Source: Paragordius varius (taxonomy: Eukaryota > Animalia > Nematomorpha). From it: a stretch of 64,000 nucleotides of DNA. The notes beneath the pieces were generated by a model. The model was not told the origin of the DNA. It saw only the letters and a program-made list of their open reading frames with translations, and searched no databases. The DNA lies in NCBI GenBank assembly GCA_964247055.1, contig OZ176053.1, positions 12,276,001-12,340,000 on the forward strand, given 5' to 3'. Position 1 is the stretch's first letter, and every line of letters begins with the position of its first letter. Shown one piece after another: positions 25,830-39,700 of this stretch. Made by a program: the position numbers and the translations under genes.

Positions 25830-27530
25830 AACGATGAATTAATGAAAGATTTTCCTTTAGCAAAAAAACGAAGAATGAATCATTTGTTAAATGTCTTATA
25901 TGCGAGGGGGAATTCACCCTAGCACATGGAAGCATGATACTACAAAGCATATGGAAACACAGAAACATAAAAAACGTTTAGATATAGCGGCATCCTCTTA
26001 CAAAATAAGCGATTTTTTTCGAAAAACCGCATTTGGAGTGTTTTCACGCCGTTTATCACAATCATTCCTTTAGATCTATGGACTGTATCTAGGTTATTCG
26101 CACATTATTCCATAAAAAAATTACATGTGCCCGTATAAAGGCCAAAGCCATTGTGTGCAATGTCCTTTCGCCACATGCATTTTCTGAAATACAAAAAGAT
26201 TTGCTGAAAATTAATATCTTATCCCTATACTCTGATGCATCAAATCACCATGAAGCAAAATTATTTCCCAAAATTTTAGATTTAATTTCCCTACCCGGTG
26301 TAAATTCCGAAATAATATTTACTCCAATAATGAATATTCTAGAAAAAAATAATTTAAAAGACAAAATTATCGCATATTGCGCTGACAACACCAATACGAA
26401 CTTTGGTGGAAAAGCAAGGAGGGGAACAAAAAATACTTTATAAATTAACAGATAATCTTAATCAAAACATTATTGGCGTTGGGTGTGCAGTGCATATAAT
26501 ACACAAAGCTATTCAAACAGCTGCTGATTTGTTACCCTTAGATGTGGAAAGTGTAGTTGTTAAAATATATTCCTATTTTTATGTATACACGGTACGTGTT
26601 GAAACGATTAAAGAATTCTGTGAAAATGCAGAAATATCAAAAAATGCTTGGATATTGTACAACTCGTTGGTTAGCTTTTATGCCAGCTATCGAAAGTTTT
26701 TTAAAAATGTATGATCCTTTAAAAAATTTTTTTATCACGGGACAAATGTCCTTCAACTTTAAAAAAGTTTTTTGAAAGTGATTCTTCAAAAATATGGTTA
26801 TTCTTACATAATCAAGCTTCTCTGTTTCAAAATGTTATTAAATTTATAGAAGGTGACAAAATTTCGGCAATCGAAGTAGCCAATGAAGTTAGTAACCTAA
26901 AATTCCAATGTCAAGAACGGTTAGAAAATAATTTTATACCATTAATCATCCGTAATATAATAAATAATTTAGAAAAACAAGGAATAATAAATCGCCAAGA
27001 TATCCTGTACCATATAAAAATGTTTTATACAAACTGTAAAGATCATTTGGAAGATTGGACGACGCAATTTTAATAAAATGGATCATTTTCATTGGATAAC
27101 ATTAAAATCAGAATTAATTGGTGTGATGTTCAAAAATCATTTGGTTATATCTGCTCCCAAAAATTCTCAAAAAGTAATCTCAGAAAATGATCTTTTTTCT
27201 GAAGTATCATTAGTTAAAAGATATATTAATAATGAAAATTTAAATTATGGACAAAAGAAAAATATACAGTAGAAAAGAAATGGTTGGAAATATTTCATCA
27301 TTTTGAAGCCAAAAAATTGTGGAATTCGCACTATCTATACCTGGAACCAACGCTGCTACTGAGCGCGTTTTTTTCCACAGTAAATCAGGCGTGGACATTG
27401 GAAAAATCAAATTTAAATGTTGAAACTTTAAAGGCCGTCTTATCTGTCAAATATAATTTGACAAATTCTTGTAAAGACTTTTCTACAATATTTTAAAAAA
27501 TGATGACAATCTGCTAAAACGCATTCGCTC
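25830..27530 (+). pseudogene. Frameshifted hAT transposase
   Basis: Overlapping ORF fragments carry LYSDASNH, YCADNTNTNFGG, GVGCAVHIIHKAIQTAAD, GYCTTRWL and a dimerisation-like segment (..GTNAATERVF..). They are split over several frames by indels. Confidence 0.88.
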
Positions 27531-27599
27531 AAAAAAATATACCAATGAATAAAATATTTTCTTATAATTATAAAGTTTTTTTGTTAAAAAATAAACAAA

Positions 27600-28420
27600 A
27601 TTACTTAAAATATTGTATAAGTCTTCATAATTTGTCAAATTATATTTGAACACATAAAATGGTTTTTATTCAACATTTAAATTTGATTTCGTGTCCTTAC
27701 TTAATTTACTGTGGAAAAACGCGTTCAATAGCAGTGGTTCAGGTAAAGATAATGCAAATTTTATAATTAAAATATTTTTGTATGGAACTTAATTTGTTTA
27801 AAAATGATTATTTTAACCATTTCTATCCTACGTTTTTTCTGTTGTCCATAATTTAAGTTTTCATTCAATATATTTATTTAATAATGAAACTTCATAAAAA
27901 GTGTCATTGTGCACCGTCTTGTCTTCCAAATAATCGTCTCTGTTTGTATAAAACATTTTTATATTCTGGATATTCATTGAACCTTGTTTTTCTGGATGTT
28001 TTATAATATTGCGATTAGGTAATGGTATATTTTCTAACCTTTTTTGACTTGGAATTTTGACCTTTGTCCTGTGATAAAAAATAGGATTCTAGGAGATCAC
28101 ATTTTTATAAATATTTCAATCGCTGGCAAAAGAGCTTACCAACAGTTCTACAATATCCAAGCATTTTAACATCTATATTTTCTACATCCAGGGTTAACAA
28201 ATCAGTAGCTGTCTGAATAGCGTTGTGTATCTGCCAATAATGTTTAATTAAGATTATTCGCTAAATTGTGAAAATATTTTTTGTGCCGCTTCTTGCATCA
28301 CCCAGCGCACTTTGTGATGATTTCGTCTTTATTATTCTTTTCTAGAATATTACAATCACTTCACCCTTTGTTCGTGCACATGTAAATTTAATGAATAAGG
28401 TACAAACAACCTGTAAGGTA
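27600..28420 (-). pseudogene. Inverted, internally deleted and diverged copy of a hAT transposase inside the same element
   Basis: Reverse complement matches collinear blocks of 26110-27500. Example 1: atacacaacgctattcagacagctactgatttgttaaccctggatgtagaaa versus atacacaaagctattcaaacagctgctgatttgttacccttagatgtggaaa. Example 2: aaatcaaatttaaatgttgaa in both copies. Confidence 0.85.
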
Positions 28421-29099
28421 CAAATTTTTTATTTTTATAATGTATTTGTGTTAAAAATAAATAAATATTACAATAATTTTTTGTATAAAAATTATTGGTT
28501 GTACCCCCCAATGACCCCCCTCTCAGATTTGTCCCGCTTTTTCCTTAAAAAAATCTGGTCACCTTAGATATAGGTAATTGATGAAAAAAACCAGTAACAT
28601 CAAAATTGTTGTATATTGGTGTTTTTTTATATTAAATAAATAAAAAATTAAATCAAAAAATCTTATTCCTAAATTTTTTCGTTTTGGTCTCTCCATGCCA
28701 GGTAACAAAAAATACTTAAAATGGGGTGGTGCAAAACCTAGTCATTAAGTATCTAATGAGATCCATGTATGTGCAATTGTTGATTTTCCCATATCGAGGA
28801 AAAATTTAGATAAAAGTCACTTAAGATAATGTTAATAAATGTATACTATGAAGAAATAAAAATATGCATAAATGTATTGCAGACTTCTTTAGAATTAAAT
28901 TTATTCATATAATGTCTTACATTTGGTGTTGCTTTTTAACGCTATTTTTAATGTTTAATAAGAACCAGGAAAAAAATAATAGATACAATATGTGTCAATT
29001 TATCAATATAACAATGATTTTTTCCTAATATTGTAACTTTATAATTTAAATTAAATAATATTAACCTTAATTTAAAGTCGTGTTGGCCCCCTTCTGGAA

Positions 29100-29944
29100 A
29101 CAACTGACCTATTGGAACTTAAACTTTCTCCACTGTTAGATAGGGATGGTCTCTATAATTTTATAAGAACGCGAGGGTGATTAAGTAAATGGAACCGGGT
29201 TATGGTTCCAAATTATTATACATTCTTCCACCAACACATCGGTTTCTTTTTTCCTATAATATGAAGCGAATGTTACGCTTATCCAGTAATTACAAACATA
29301 TATCTTTCTGTTATGATTGTTTAATCTTTAAATCTGTCTGATTTATTAGTGTTCAAAGGTAATTTATGAGGAGATAGTTAGTGAAATGTCGTTCTATTTT
29401 CATTTTTTTAAAAATGTTTCCTTTATAAATGAAGCTTAAGCAGATTATTATTTTCATATTACAAAATAATTTTCTTTCCATTTTTGAAAGAGCGTCAGGG
29501 AATAATTTTCGTTTTTCAGCAATGATAACATTCATTGTATTATTCAATAGTAAATATTATCATTAGTAAAAACAAACAAATTTATATGAAATTTATCAAT
29601 GTGAAAATATTAATAATAAATAACAATGTAAAACAATAAATCAGAAATTTTGCATAAATTATTTTAAAACCCTGATATTTTTACCGTATTTATCAATATA
29701 TCATTTATATGCAAAAATATGCCCATAAAATCGTAAAATTCATATTTCTTACCCAATTATTCCAAATGAGTCTATTAAATTGGCAACGAATTAAAAAAAA
29801 TTGTTATATTTCGTTTGTATTTTACAATCTTATGACTAAAATCGAATAAATTATTTATGTATGCCCGTATATATATCGAATGCAGACCCCGTGCTTTTTG
29901 CGTTAAAAATGCGGTCCGCGAAGCCATTTGGTTGAACACCCCTA
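29100..29944 (-). mobile_element. Probable decayed hAT/Charlie-like remnant
   Basis: The minus strand reads TAGGGGTGTTCAACC..GGCTTCGCGGACCGC from about 29944, resembling a Charlie-type end. A weak, degraded dimerisation-like stretch (IIETIPI..) lies near 29130. A related short remnant is at about 30538-30588. Confidence 0.35.
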
Positions 29945-31299
29945 TTTTAGTCTATCCTTTTTTATTAAATATTAAATCAAAAACATTTTTATCAAAAAAA
30001 TATTTTTTGTTTAGATATTTTTGACAGTATTTTTATCGACAAACTTGACATGTTTAAAAACCAATTTGAAGTGTTTACCTTTGAGACAAAAATGGTATAT
30101 ATTTATAAATTTTATTTTTCATCCGTAACTATAGATTTTATAAGTCCAAATATTAATGCGAACCATCGATAAAATAAAAAAAATATTAAATATTTTCTTA
30201 AAATTTAAATTCCAAAAAATAATCATCCAGATAATTAAATATAACTTTTAAAGAATAAGTCATTATTGATTGTGCATTGGAATATAATAGGAAAAATTGT
30301 CATTCAATAATTGTGCTTTTATAAAAAATAATATTCCAATATTACGCTGATAATGGTTAAAAGTATTTTTATATCATGTCCTGATATTTATCATCAAAAT
30401 AAAACCGTTTTTATTGACTGGGAAAACGTTTTTTTGTATAACAAAATATCCATCAAATTAAGCCTATGTTAGTTCACGTCAATATCTTTCATAGGTGAAG
30501 TATGAAATAATTTTGTCTGCTCTACCATTTGCTAAACCAGTGGCCTTCAAAATAAATGGCTTCGCGGGCCGAACATAGGACATCTCTGCTGTAAAAGAAA
30601 TCACAAAAACTATTTATTTAACATTCCATTACCTTTTAGGGTAGTTTCATATTGCAGAGCGATTCGAATGAATATCTAATAAAGTATTTAAGCTTTTAAG
30701 CCGAATTTGAAATATGCTTTCTTTACTCTCTTAAACGCATTGTACAATTATTTTTAAAAATGTAAAATGGTAAATGAATCCCCATCTCAAACTTTTTTGC
30801 TGCCATTTTTTTCTATTTTTTAAAACGCTTATGCAACAGGCAAATGAATGTATAATATGATAAGAAATTGTAAAAAATCAACTTTAGAAACAGGCTACAT
30901 TTTCTCCGATTTATTATATTTTGATTTTAATGTCAGGTGTTCGTTTCCATCGTGTTTTGCCAATTTTATACTCTAGAAGTCAAAAAAAATGTAAAAAATA
31001 TAACCTTTTATCCAATACATAAGAACTATGTTTGATAATTAAATTTAACTAATATAAATTTAAACTGTTGCTTATTTACAAAATGCTCTGGGATAAAATA
31101 TTACCCCAAAAGGTAAACTAGGACAAAGAAATGGTTATGAAATGTTTAACATTTTGCTTTCATTGCCGAAACCTGGAAGGCCCTATTGAGAAAATTTGCT
31201 TAAAAAATATTTATTTTGCTTAAATTTTGTAAAAAGCATTCTTTTTAATTATAAACCATTTATATGTTTATTGAAATCACATTGCTCATAGCCGTCTAC

Positions 31300-31830
31300 T
31301 GATTGTGATATAAGTGATGTTTTTGCCAATCGCCTTTGTGTCACCCAACAACTCTCGCGCGAATATTGCACTTCTGGGATCTACCAGAGCCCCAGCTCTT
31401 TTTCACATTGGAATCACAACTTTATTTTTTCGTTTGCATCAAACTCGTACGGGTGATCAGAAGTGGCTCTATTTTAAATATCCAAAGTGGTAAAAATCGT
31501 GCCTTTCACCTTTCCAAACCAGTTCATAAACACCAAGGTCAAATCGTTTCAAGAAGTAGAGCATGGTCGGTGTCTGGTGGGACCAGAACGGTATTGTGTG
31601 TTAACTTTTGAAATCCGTTGAAACCGTTAATCCACAGCGCTGTGGCCAACAAATGATTAATTCAAACCATGTATTGAAAAAAAACGATCAAAATGGGTCC
31701 GAATACATGGCAAAATGATATGATTTTGCTAAATGAAAATGCTAGGATTCTGCAGCACAATCAGTGAAAGGCACTAAAAATTTCGCCATAAGACCAATAC
31801 CTTCTCACATTAATGAGGCCCATGCTCGCA
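31300..31830 (+). mobile_element. Decayed mariner transposase
   Basis: RLHQTRTGDQKWLYFKYPK (about 31430-31485) and LLKSVETVNPQRCGQQMINSNHVLKKKR (about 31605-31690) resemble Mos1-type mariner catalytic-domain motifs (TGDEKW; LLKPGETVN..RYQQQL). Stops and frameshifts are present. Confidence 0.8.
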
Positions 31831-33074
31831 GGTTAAAACTTCAATAATTTTAAAGACGTTGGATAATGGCTAGGCGAAAGGTTTGGTACCAAAGAGAATT
31901 AGTTTATCCATGACATGCATATATTCACTGGAAAAGGGGCAAACATGCAGAAGCCGAAGGACAATATTTTTTAATACAATAATTGCTTTCCTTTCAAAAT
32001 TACATGTATTTTTCCCTAAAAACCGGTAAAAACTCATGACTACTCCTGTTAACATCTAACATATTATATTATAATTTATTTTTTGTTGACAGATATAATA
32101 TAATAAATGTATACGATTTGAAAGATGGTTCGATACATGAAATGAGAATAAATTTTTGTTTTATTTGCAAGAAGTGGATAAATATAGATGGATAGATATA
32201 GATATATTAATATAAAATAATTTTTTCACATTAAATATGACGTAAAATATTATATATTATTTAGGAAAAAAATAATTTTGAGAGATAAATTGTACATAGA
32301 ATACAAGAAAATCATTGAGGAATAAATCAAATTATTTAAAATATGATAAAAATAGGAAAATGATTGTTTTATTGGACACAATTTTTCTTGTCAAATGAGA
32401 GTAAAGGGGCGAATAAGTAATAAAAACAAGATATGTATAAAAAATATTGTAATGTGCATCTTTAGAGCTCACCCGCTTTAGAAAAAAAATATAATAAATG
32501 ACAAAATCTATAATTTACTTAGGGTTGTTTTTATTTAATATATGGATTAATTAATATATATATAAGATTGTCCAAAAATGGAACAACATATCATCATCTC
32601 ATACATAATAAAGGTATCACAGTAAATTTTTGCATGAATAAAGTAAATAAAATATTACATATTTTTGAGGTTATATATTAATATTTTTTTTTCGTAAACT
32701 AGTAGTCGAATAAATATGTGATATAATAAAACATAATATGTACTTGGCACTAAATTCAAATAAAAATTAGACGTCCATCTATTATAATCATATATATATT
32801 ATAATGAATATAATGAGCTGAAATGTAGACAAAATCGAGATATAGCTTTAATCAGAAAATTTCATCCATGGGAACAATTGTCAATGGCAAAACACACGTG
32901 ATGTCCATGATGTTTCTATAAAACCCAAAATTAATTAAAAAAATAATAGGTTCATTAGGGCTGTTAAATGTTAAAATCGTATTTACAGTTTATATTGTTA
33001 CTTTATACAATCGCAAGTAAATCCATCCATGCGAAAGAAATTATATTCAATTTTATACCTAATTCATATACGGT

Positions 33075-33527
33075 ATGATTAAGGCGATTGTTTTACAATT
33101 TGCATGCCTTTGCAAATCAAAGGACTATTTCGGTGTCCCTGACCTATGGAATTGCCTTTCTGGGCTTACGGAACTCCTGTATGGTAGCGAGACGTGGCCG
33201 ATGACAGATTCAATCGAGAAAAAACTAATGAACTTAGAAAAACGGATGCTAAATTTATTCCAACCCAATAAGTCAAATTCATATTTACATCAACTGTACC
33301 AAATCGAACCTTTAAATGTTATGCTCAGAAAAATAGGCTTAGATATTTCGGACACATCAAACGTGCTCCAGAACAATGGACAAATAAAATTTTTACATCC
33401 CGAAGGTAACAATCGCAGGGGTAGACCAACATTTAACTGGAAAAAAACAATAAATAATGATTTAAGTGTTGCCAACATTGATGATAACGCCTGGCAGGAT
33501 CGCAAATATTACAGACAGCTTCTCTAG
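33075..33527 (+). mobile_element. 3' fragment of a non-LTR retrotransposon (RTE/CR1-like ORF2 C-terminus)
   Basis: LLYGSETWPMTDSIEKKLMNLEKRML and RRGRPTFNWKKTINNDL are typical post-RT motifs of LINE ORF2. The fragment is 5'-truncated. Confidence 0.8.
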
Positions 33528-33769
33528 CCATTACACAAAGACGATACGAGATACCTAATTCAGCCCCATGTATCTGTTATATTAAAAAGGATCCAACATA
33601 TTATATATAAACGAATTTCGGTTTCAATTATTTATAGTATTTCAAAAATCTTTAAGTCGGAACCTTATTTTATCACCAGTAACGAAAATGGAAATGCAAC
33701 CGAATCAAAAACAGTTACGCGGTTCCAGCAATGTTATAGATAAAATAAAAATGATTAAAAAACAATACA

Positions 33770-36700
33770 TCATAACTTAACCTCATATGCGGAATTTGGA
33801 TTTTGCAAAGGAACACCCATCATAATTGCCACGTCTTCTTCGTCGTCGATAGTGCAATAATTTGTTGGACTGCTATTATTATCCTCATTGATGTATTTGC
33901 TTCCATTCGAAGCTATAACCTTACTGTAAGTACTTAGCGGGTGCTGCGATGTTGTTGAATTAAAACTCGTATTTTTGCCACCATTTTTATTATTTATATT
34001 ATTATTATTAACATTGATTTTATTGGCATTTCGAGCAAATAAACTTGCATACGAACAGGATAATGGATTATTTTGTACATATTGGGTTGCATTTTCACTC
34101 GTGTTTGAAGAGATGAGACCAGGGGATTCCGATTTAACATAAAGTGTGGAAAAAACTTTTTCATTCTTGTTTGCCGTCATACAAGGTGATACAGACCCCA
34201 AATAAAGGGTAGGGGAAGGACAATGATTATTTTCTTCTTTGTCAAAGTCACTAAGTACATGTGTGATAAAAAATAGATTAATGAAAAAAATAAATATTAA
34301 ATTGATTTGAATTACAGTCGCGATTGCCAAACTTTTTTGTTTCGTACGCTATTTTAATTTTTATATTATTCTATCAACATGCGCACATTTGAGTCTTAAA
34401 ATTAAAATAATAGTCTATGTCTTGTCATAAATATAAAAGAGACATGACTGTACAGATCCTAATAAACATCGTACTGTTGCAATATTATTTTTTTCATAAA
34501 AAGGAATCTCCGATTATTAAGCGGTTAAATTTGAAAATACATCTTTCAATATTAACTTACGATTACCCCCAAAATTACCATGTCAATTCTCTCCAATTAT
34601 CAATCAATTAAAACCCTTTAAATGATATTACTTTTTTTCAAAAAATCAACCAAAAAACACCTACTTTTGTTCCGTTTGATGATTATGATTGTTAGCACCA
34701 ATATGATGTTGACGGTTTCCCTTTTCCTCTATTATTGCATTATTAGTTTCCCCTGCCAAAGAAAATTTGCTATTATCGCCTAAACATTTATTTCCACCAT
34801 TTGTACTTTTATGTGTAGTAGGACTACCAGAGATGGTTTGTGAATCGTTTATTTTAATATCATCATTTCGATAACTAATGACTGAACTATAACTTGGTTT
34901 AACATTTTTTTCATCCTTTATCAAGTTAATCGAGGATGTGGTTAACATTTCAACAGAATAATCGTCAACAACATTTCCCTTAGGATTTGGTAAGGGTTCA
35001 GAAGGTGTAGAGATATTATTATAGGAGGTGGTGGTATTAGTCGTAGAAGGTGCCGGGAAATGTAAATCAAGTGTGTCAGCTTCAAAGAAAACTTCAATAT
35101 TTGTGGCGGGTGAATTGGCATAATTATCGCCAGTATTCTCATCAGGATCCGTGGTTGATGAAAAGGATGTAGTATCTGAACCATGCGAATTTTTTAAGCG
35201 ATTTATTCTAGGCGCTGCTTTTTTATGATGATGGATTTTATTGTGGTGATAAGTATGAGAAGATGGGAATTTATTGCGCTTATCAAGTGTACTATTACAA
35301 CTGTTATTATTGCCACTGGTCTTATGATGTTCATTATATCGTTTTTCACGCACATAATTTTTGTTGCCACCATGATGAGCTTAAATATGCACATAAGGAA
35401 TGTAACAATTACAGTAAAAATCAATAATAAAGAAAAATAGGTTATATTTGAAAAAAAACCATATATTTTAAATACAACCCATAGTATTGCTTTGCAAAAT
35501 AGAAAAACAAATTGATAATACACCAATCTATTCTACAATCTCAACCACGATTGAAAAATAAAGTTTAATTTATAAATAAAACTTAATGCTTGTTTTATTT
35601 ATGAGAACTGATATAAAACAAAGTCTGAGTTTAATAAAAAAAATATTAACTAGGTGTTAAAATATCATACTTTTCAAACCAATATTGAATCCATGATTTG
35701 CGGTATTATCGAAAGAATTTTGGTCAGTTAAAAATGTAGGGGATGTCGTCGTGTTTGTCGCCATCATGAGTGGATTCAAAAACGAATAACAAAATTCATT
35801 ATTGTGTGCAGCAAAGGGAGACGTGGGAGTCGCCATAATAACTGTACAAAAATGTTATACAACACAATATAAAAATGAAAGTAAGCAAGCTACGGAATTT
35901 GAAAAGTAACCGATATAATTAGGGTAAATTGGAATATAATCGAGTTGAAAGTCCGATTTTAGATATACTTGTTAAAATATACAAAAATTGGAGAAAATAG
36001 TGAAATTTAAAAAAAATCGACATTTTAATTTTTATGCTTACATATTTTAAGACATATATTAAATTTTAATCTTATCTTTACTCATGCATTGAACATATAA
36101 TGATAATAAGAGAAAAATTATACTTTTAGAGAAATAATTGGGCGAACCAGTTGGAGCAGCAGCTAAAATATACGATTCGTTCCCGTAAACATCAGTGCCT
36201 GAGTTGTGCGATCCTAGGATATAATTCAAAATCTTTAGACATATCCTTCAAAATTACAGTTTATTATAAACGAAAAATATTAATTACACTTACTTGGGTT
36301 ATCTCCTATATTGCAATTTTTATCGCCATTTTTCGTATCTTCCTTGGTTAAAGTTCCATTTTCATTCAAAGACGGTTCCGATTGTTGAGGTAAACTATAG
36401 GTAAATAAAAGTGGCATATCATTTGAATGAGCCATGCCAAAATTTATGGGTTGCTGAGTAAAGTAGGCTTCACTCATAGGTATTTTGTTTCTATCATCAT
36501 TGTGATTTGCGTTGGGCAATGATGTGGGGGACATAAAAGCTAAATCATCATTTACGGACATAATAAAAATTTTAAAATCCTGTAATTTGATTTTTGTCCA
36601 AAAAATGTAAAAAATAAATTGAAATGTTCACATACTTCCTACTTGTTGGGGAGGGAAAGTGTTAGCCCCAAAAGCAGCTAGGGGTGATACATTTTGTTGT

Positions 36701-39700
36701 TGTTGATGTTCTTTTAAAGAAGGGGTACCAACCTGCCCCAAACCCATATTTGCCAAATTAGAGGCTAACAAGGCATTCGTGAATTGCGAATAATCGAAAT
36801 GGTGATGATGATTTAAGAGCGGTGTTGTATGGTTGTTACCATGGTGATGCTGCTGATGATTTGCATTACTATTGCCATGGTTTTGAAGGTTTAAAAAGTC
36901 TGAAGGAGTATTGTTGGGTAAGTGTTGGTGATTAGGGCTTATTAAACCTTATAGTAAGTGAAAAAAAAGTAAAAAAAACATAAATAACTTTTAATGTTAG
37001 GTCGAAAATGTTTTCCCAGTAATGTGCAGCTTCTTAGAATAAATTTTTTAGCCTTAAAGATATAAAATATAATTATCATATGTGGATACATTTTACCTCT
37101 TCATTACCTTTTCACTTTTTTTGTCCTAGATTACTTTTTGGGGTGGTTTTATATCCACAGAGCTTAATTTGTAAATATACTACAGTTTTGAAAGTTACAT
37201 ATTTTAGTTAAAATTTAATTATCAAACAATGTTCTCATTTACAGTTTTGTGACTTCTAAAGTCTAAATTTGAACAAGAAAGAAGCAGCTGATTTTAAAAA
37301 AATATAAATCAAGTTTTTGCCGGTAAAATAAAGCTGGAATTTTATAATTAATTTACTTTTTTAACCATAATATACATTTTGCCTGTTACATTAACGATTT
37401 ACCAAAAAAATTTTGAAGAAAATGGCGGCAAAAAAGTTTAGAATGAGTTTAAACAATTTTACATTTTTTAAAAAAAAATGCATAAGGCGCCTAAAAGATT
37501 AAAGAGACCATATTTTTAAATTGGCTAATACTTTGAATTTTTAATATATTCAAATTTTAAATCGCGTTGGGACATACTGCTTCAAAAGGTTATGGATGAT
37601 AAAAATGAATTTACCGTCTTGCAAAAGCATTAAAATGCTTAATATGTTGTGTAAACAAAATTACAATAAAATATTAGTATTATAATGCCAAAATTGTAAA
37701 TTTAATCAGTATGTTTTCGCTATTATTTTTTGACTATAAAGAAAGATAAAGTGACACAAAAAAATAGAAAAAAATAGCTGGTCAACAACTTTGTTTATTA
37801 GTAAAAATAGAGTAGTAAAAAAATTGTGTGAACAATATTTTCTTAATTAATTAAATAAATGATTAAAAATTCATTAGTAGTTGCTTAAATAAGTTTTAAC
37901 AAAATAGAGGCAATCCATTCTTAAATCTTTTTTGGTAAAAAATATTTTTTTAACGTTTTTTTTTTTAAAATTTTCCTCATCAAAATTAAAAACGATTAAT
38001 AAACTATTTTATGTTATTTTTTTCATAAATTCCATTTGACATATATAATAAATCAAATAGTAAAATGGTTATAACACTCACTTCTAACTATATAAATTTT
38101 TTCGTAACCACACCATTTTACCCAAATAAAAAAGTTTAATTAGAATCAATCTTCAAAGATAATTTTTCATAATAAATTAACCAGACAAACCCGTATAAAA
38201 GGCTATTATTGTGTAATAATGTCTAACCTGCAGGAAAAATAAAAGGATTGGGCGGCGGCCCTGGAGATGGGCTAAAAGAGAGCGGAGAATAAAATTTTTG
38301 TTGAGGGGCCACCGAGCCAAAACTGCTAAACAGAGGTGACGTTCTTTGGAACAAAGGCGATAACAATCCAGCATGCTGATGATGAATGGGGGAAAGTGGT
38401 GAAATTTGGCCAATCAAGGCACCTTTAAAAATAAAATTTTAGCACATATAAATATTAAATATAAGTGAATCTCCACTTATATTAACACACATTCTTCTTA
38501 AAACTATGAAAAATTACTCGGTTGAACTACCAGCGAAATCCGGCCGACCCCATACCACATAGCTCAATACAAAAACTAAAGACATCGAATCGCTTAATTT
38601 ATATCTCTAGATTTAGCCAAATCAAGAAAAGAGTGGAAAAAAGGGGTGTACCGTCATCTAATGGCGAATCCCCATACAAATGAGTGAATGAAATTATACA
38701 GTACACCCGCCTATTTTGAGACCTTTGGAAATTTTTAATATAAAAGGTGAGTACATAAAAACTAATTGGCTCATGTTGATCATCATGCATTCTTCCGATT
38801 TGGGAAGGCCATTTATAATGTTATAATCGTTCAAACTCTGAATAATGAACCAAAAATATCATTTTTTATAAATATTTTTACAAACTATTGTTGATAATTA
38901 TAATTAATTCCATATAATAATTTATATTAGTGATTCAAATGTTTTATATTTTTAAAAAGAGGTTACGATGCAAATCATAAATTTTTTCCCCAACAGGGGT
39001 CATTACGGGATGAATTTGTAATGGGGTAGAAATGGTCAAAACTAGAAAACCAATTTATATATAAATAAGATTTGATGCGTATATTAAAAAAAATGATTTT
39101 AATGTTCGGCACTCTTAAAACCCTCGGAAAAAAACATATGCATTAAAGAGTTATTTTATCAAAATAATTATTTGTTGTTCTAACAATTTCGCTAAACCTA
39201 ATTATTTTTGAATAAAACATATTTTATATAAAACTTATTATATATATCTTTTATAATGAAGGGGTGCGTTTATGGTTAAAGTTTTATTAATTTGTGATTA
39301 TGTAAGAGCAATATAATAGAAGAGTTTTTTACCTGGAAACCGAATATTAGCTGATGAAACCGCTTGTAAAACCTCTTTCGGTTGAGCCTTTTTACATTCC
39401 ACCTGTAAAAACGTTTTTGTAGTATAAAAAATTCTTTTTTTAAAAATTAAAAACAATCAATAACACTTTCAAAAATAGATTTATAAAAAATATGCTATAT
39501 GTTTAACCAAAGAATTAGGATTTATTCGATAAAAATTTTTTAAAATAAAAAAAAGATTTAAAATAATACTCACCATTTTATTATTAATTTCGTGGTAATG
39601 GATTTCACACACTTTTTCGGCAACGTCTTCAGAATCAAATGTAATAAAAGCAAATCCTAAATAGAATTAATTTTAATGTGAAAAAAGCTTAATATGTTTA

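Larger units (their letters stand above)
25450..28566 (+). mobile_element. hAT DNA transposon with intact ends, 3117 bp, non-autonomous
   Basis: Perfect 13-bp TIR TAAGGTGACCAGA (25450-25462) and TCTGGTCACCTTA (28554-28566). Perfect 8-bp TSD GATATAGG (25442-25449 and 28567-28574). Subterminal GTCCCGC repeats lie at both ends. Confidence 0.92.

Noticed and set aside
24159-29107. One large hAT element bounded by CAGTGGTTG (24159) and GAAACAACTG (29107)
   Set aside because: The flanking 8-mers (ATCTAGAA versus ACCTATTG) do not match as a TSD.
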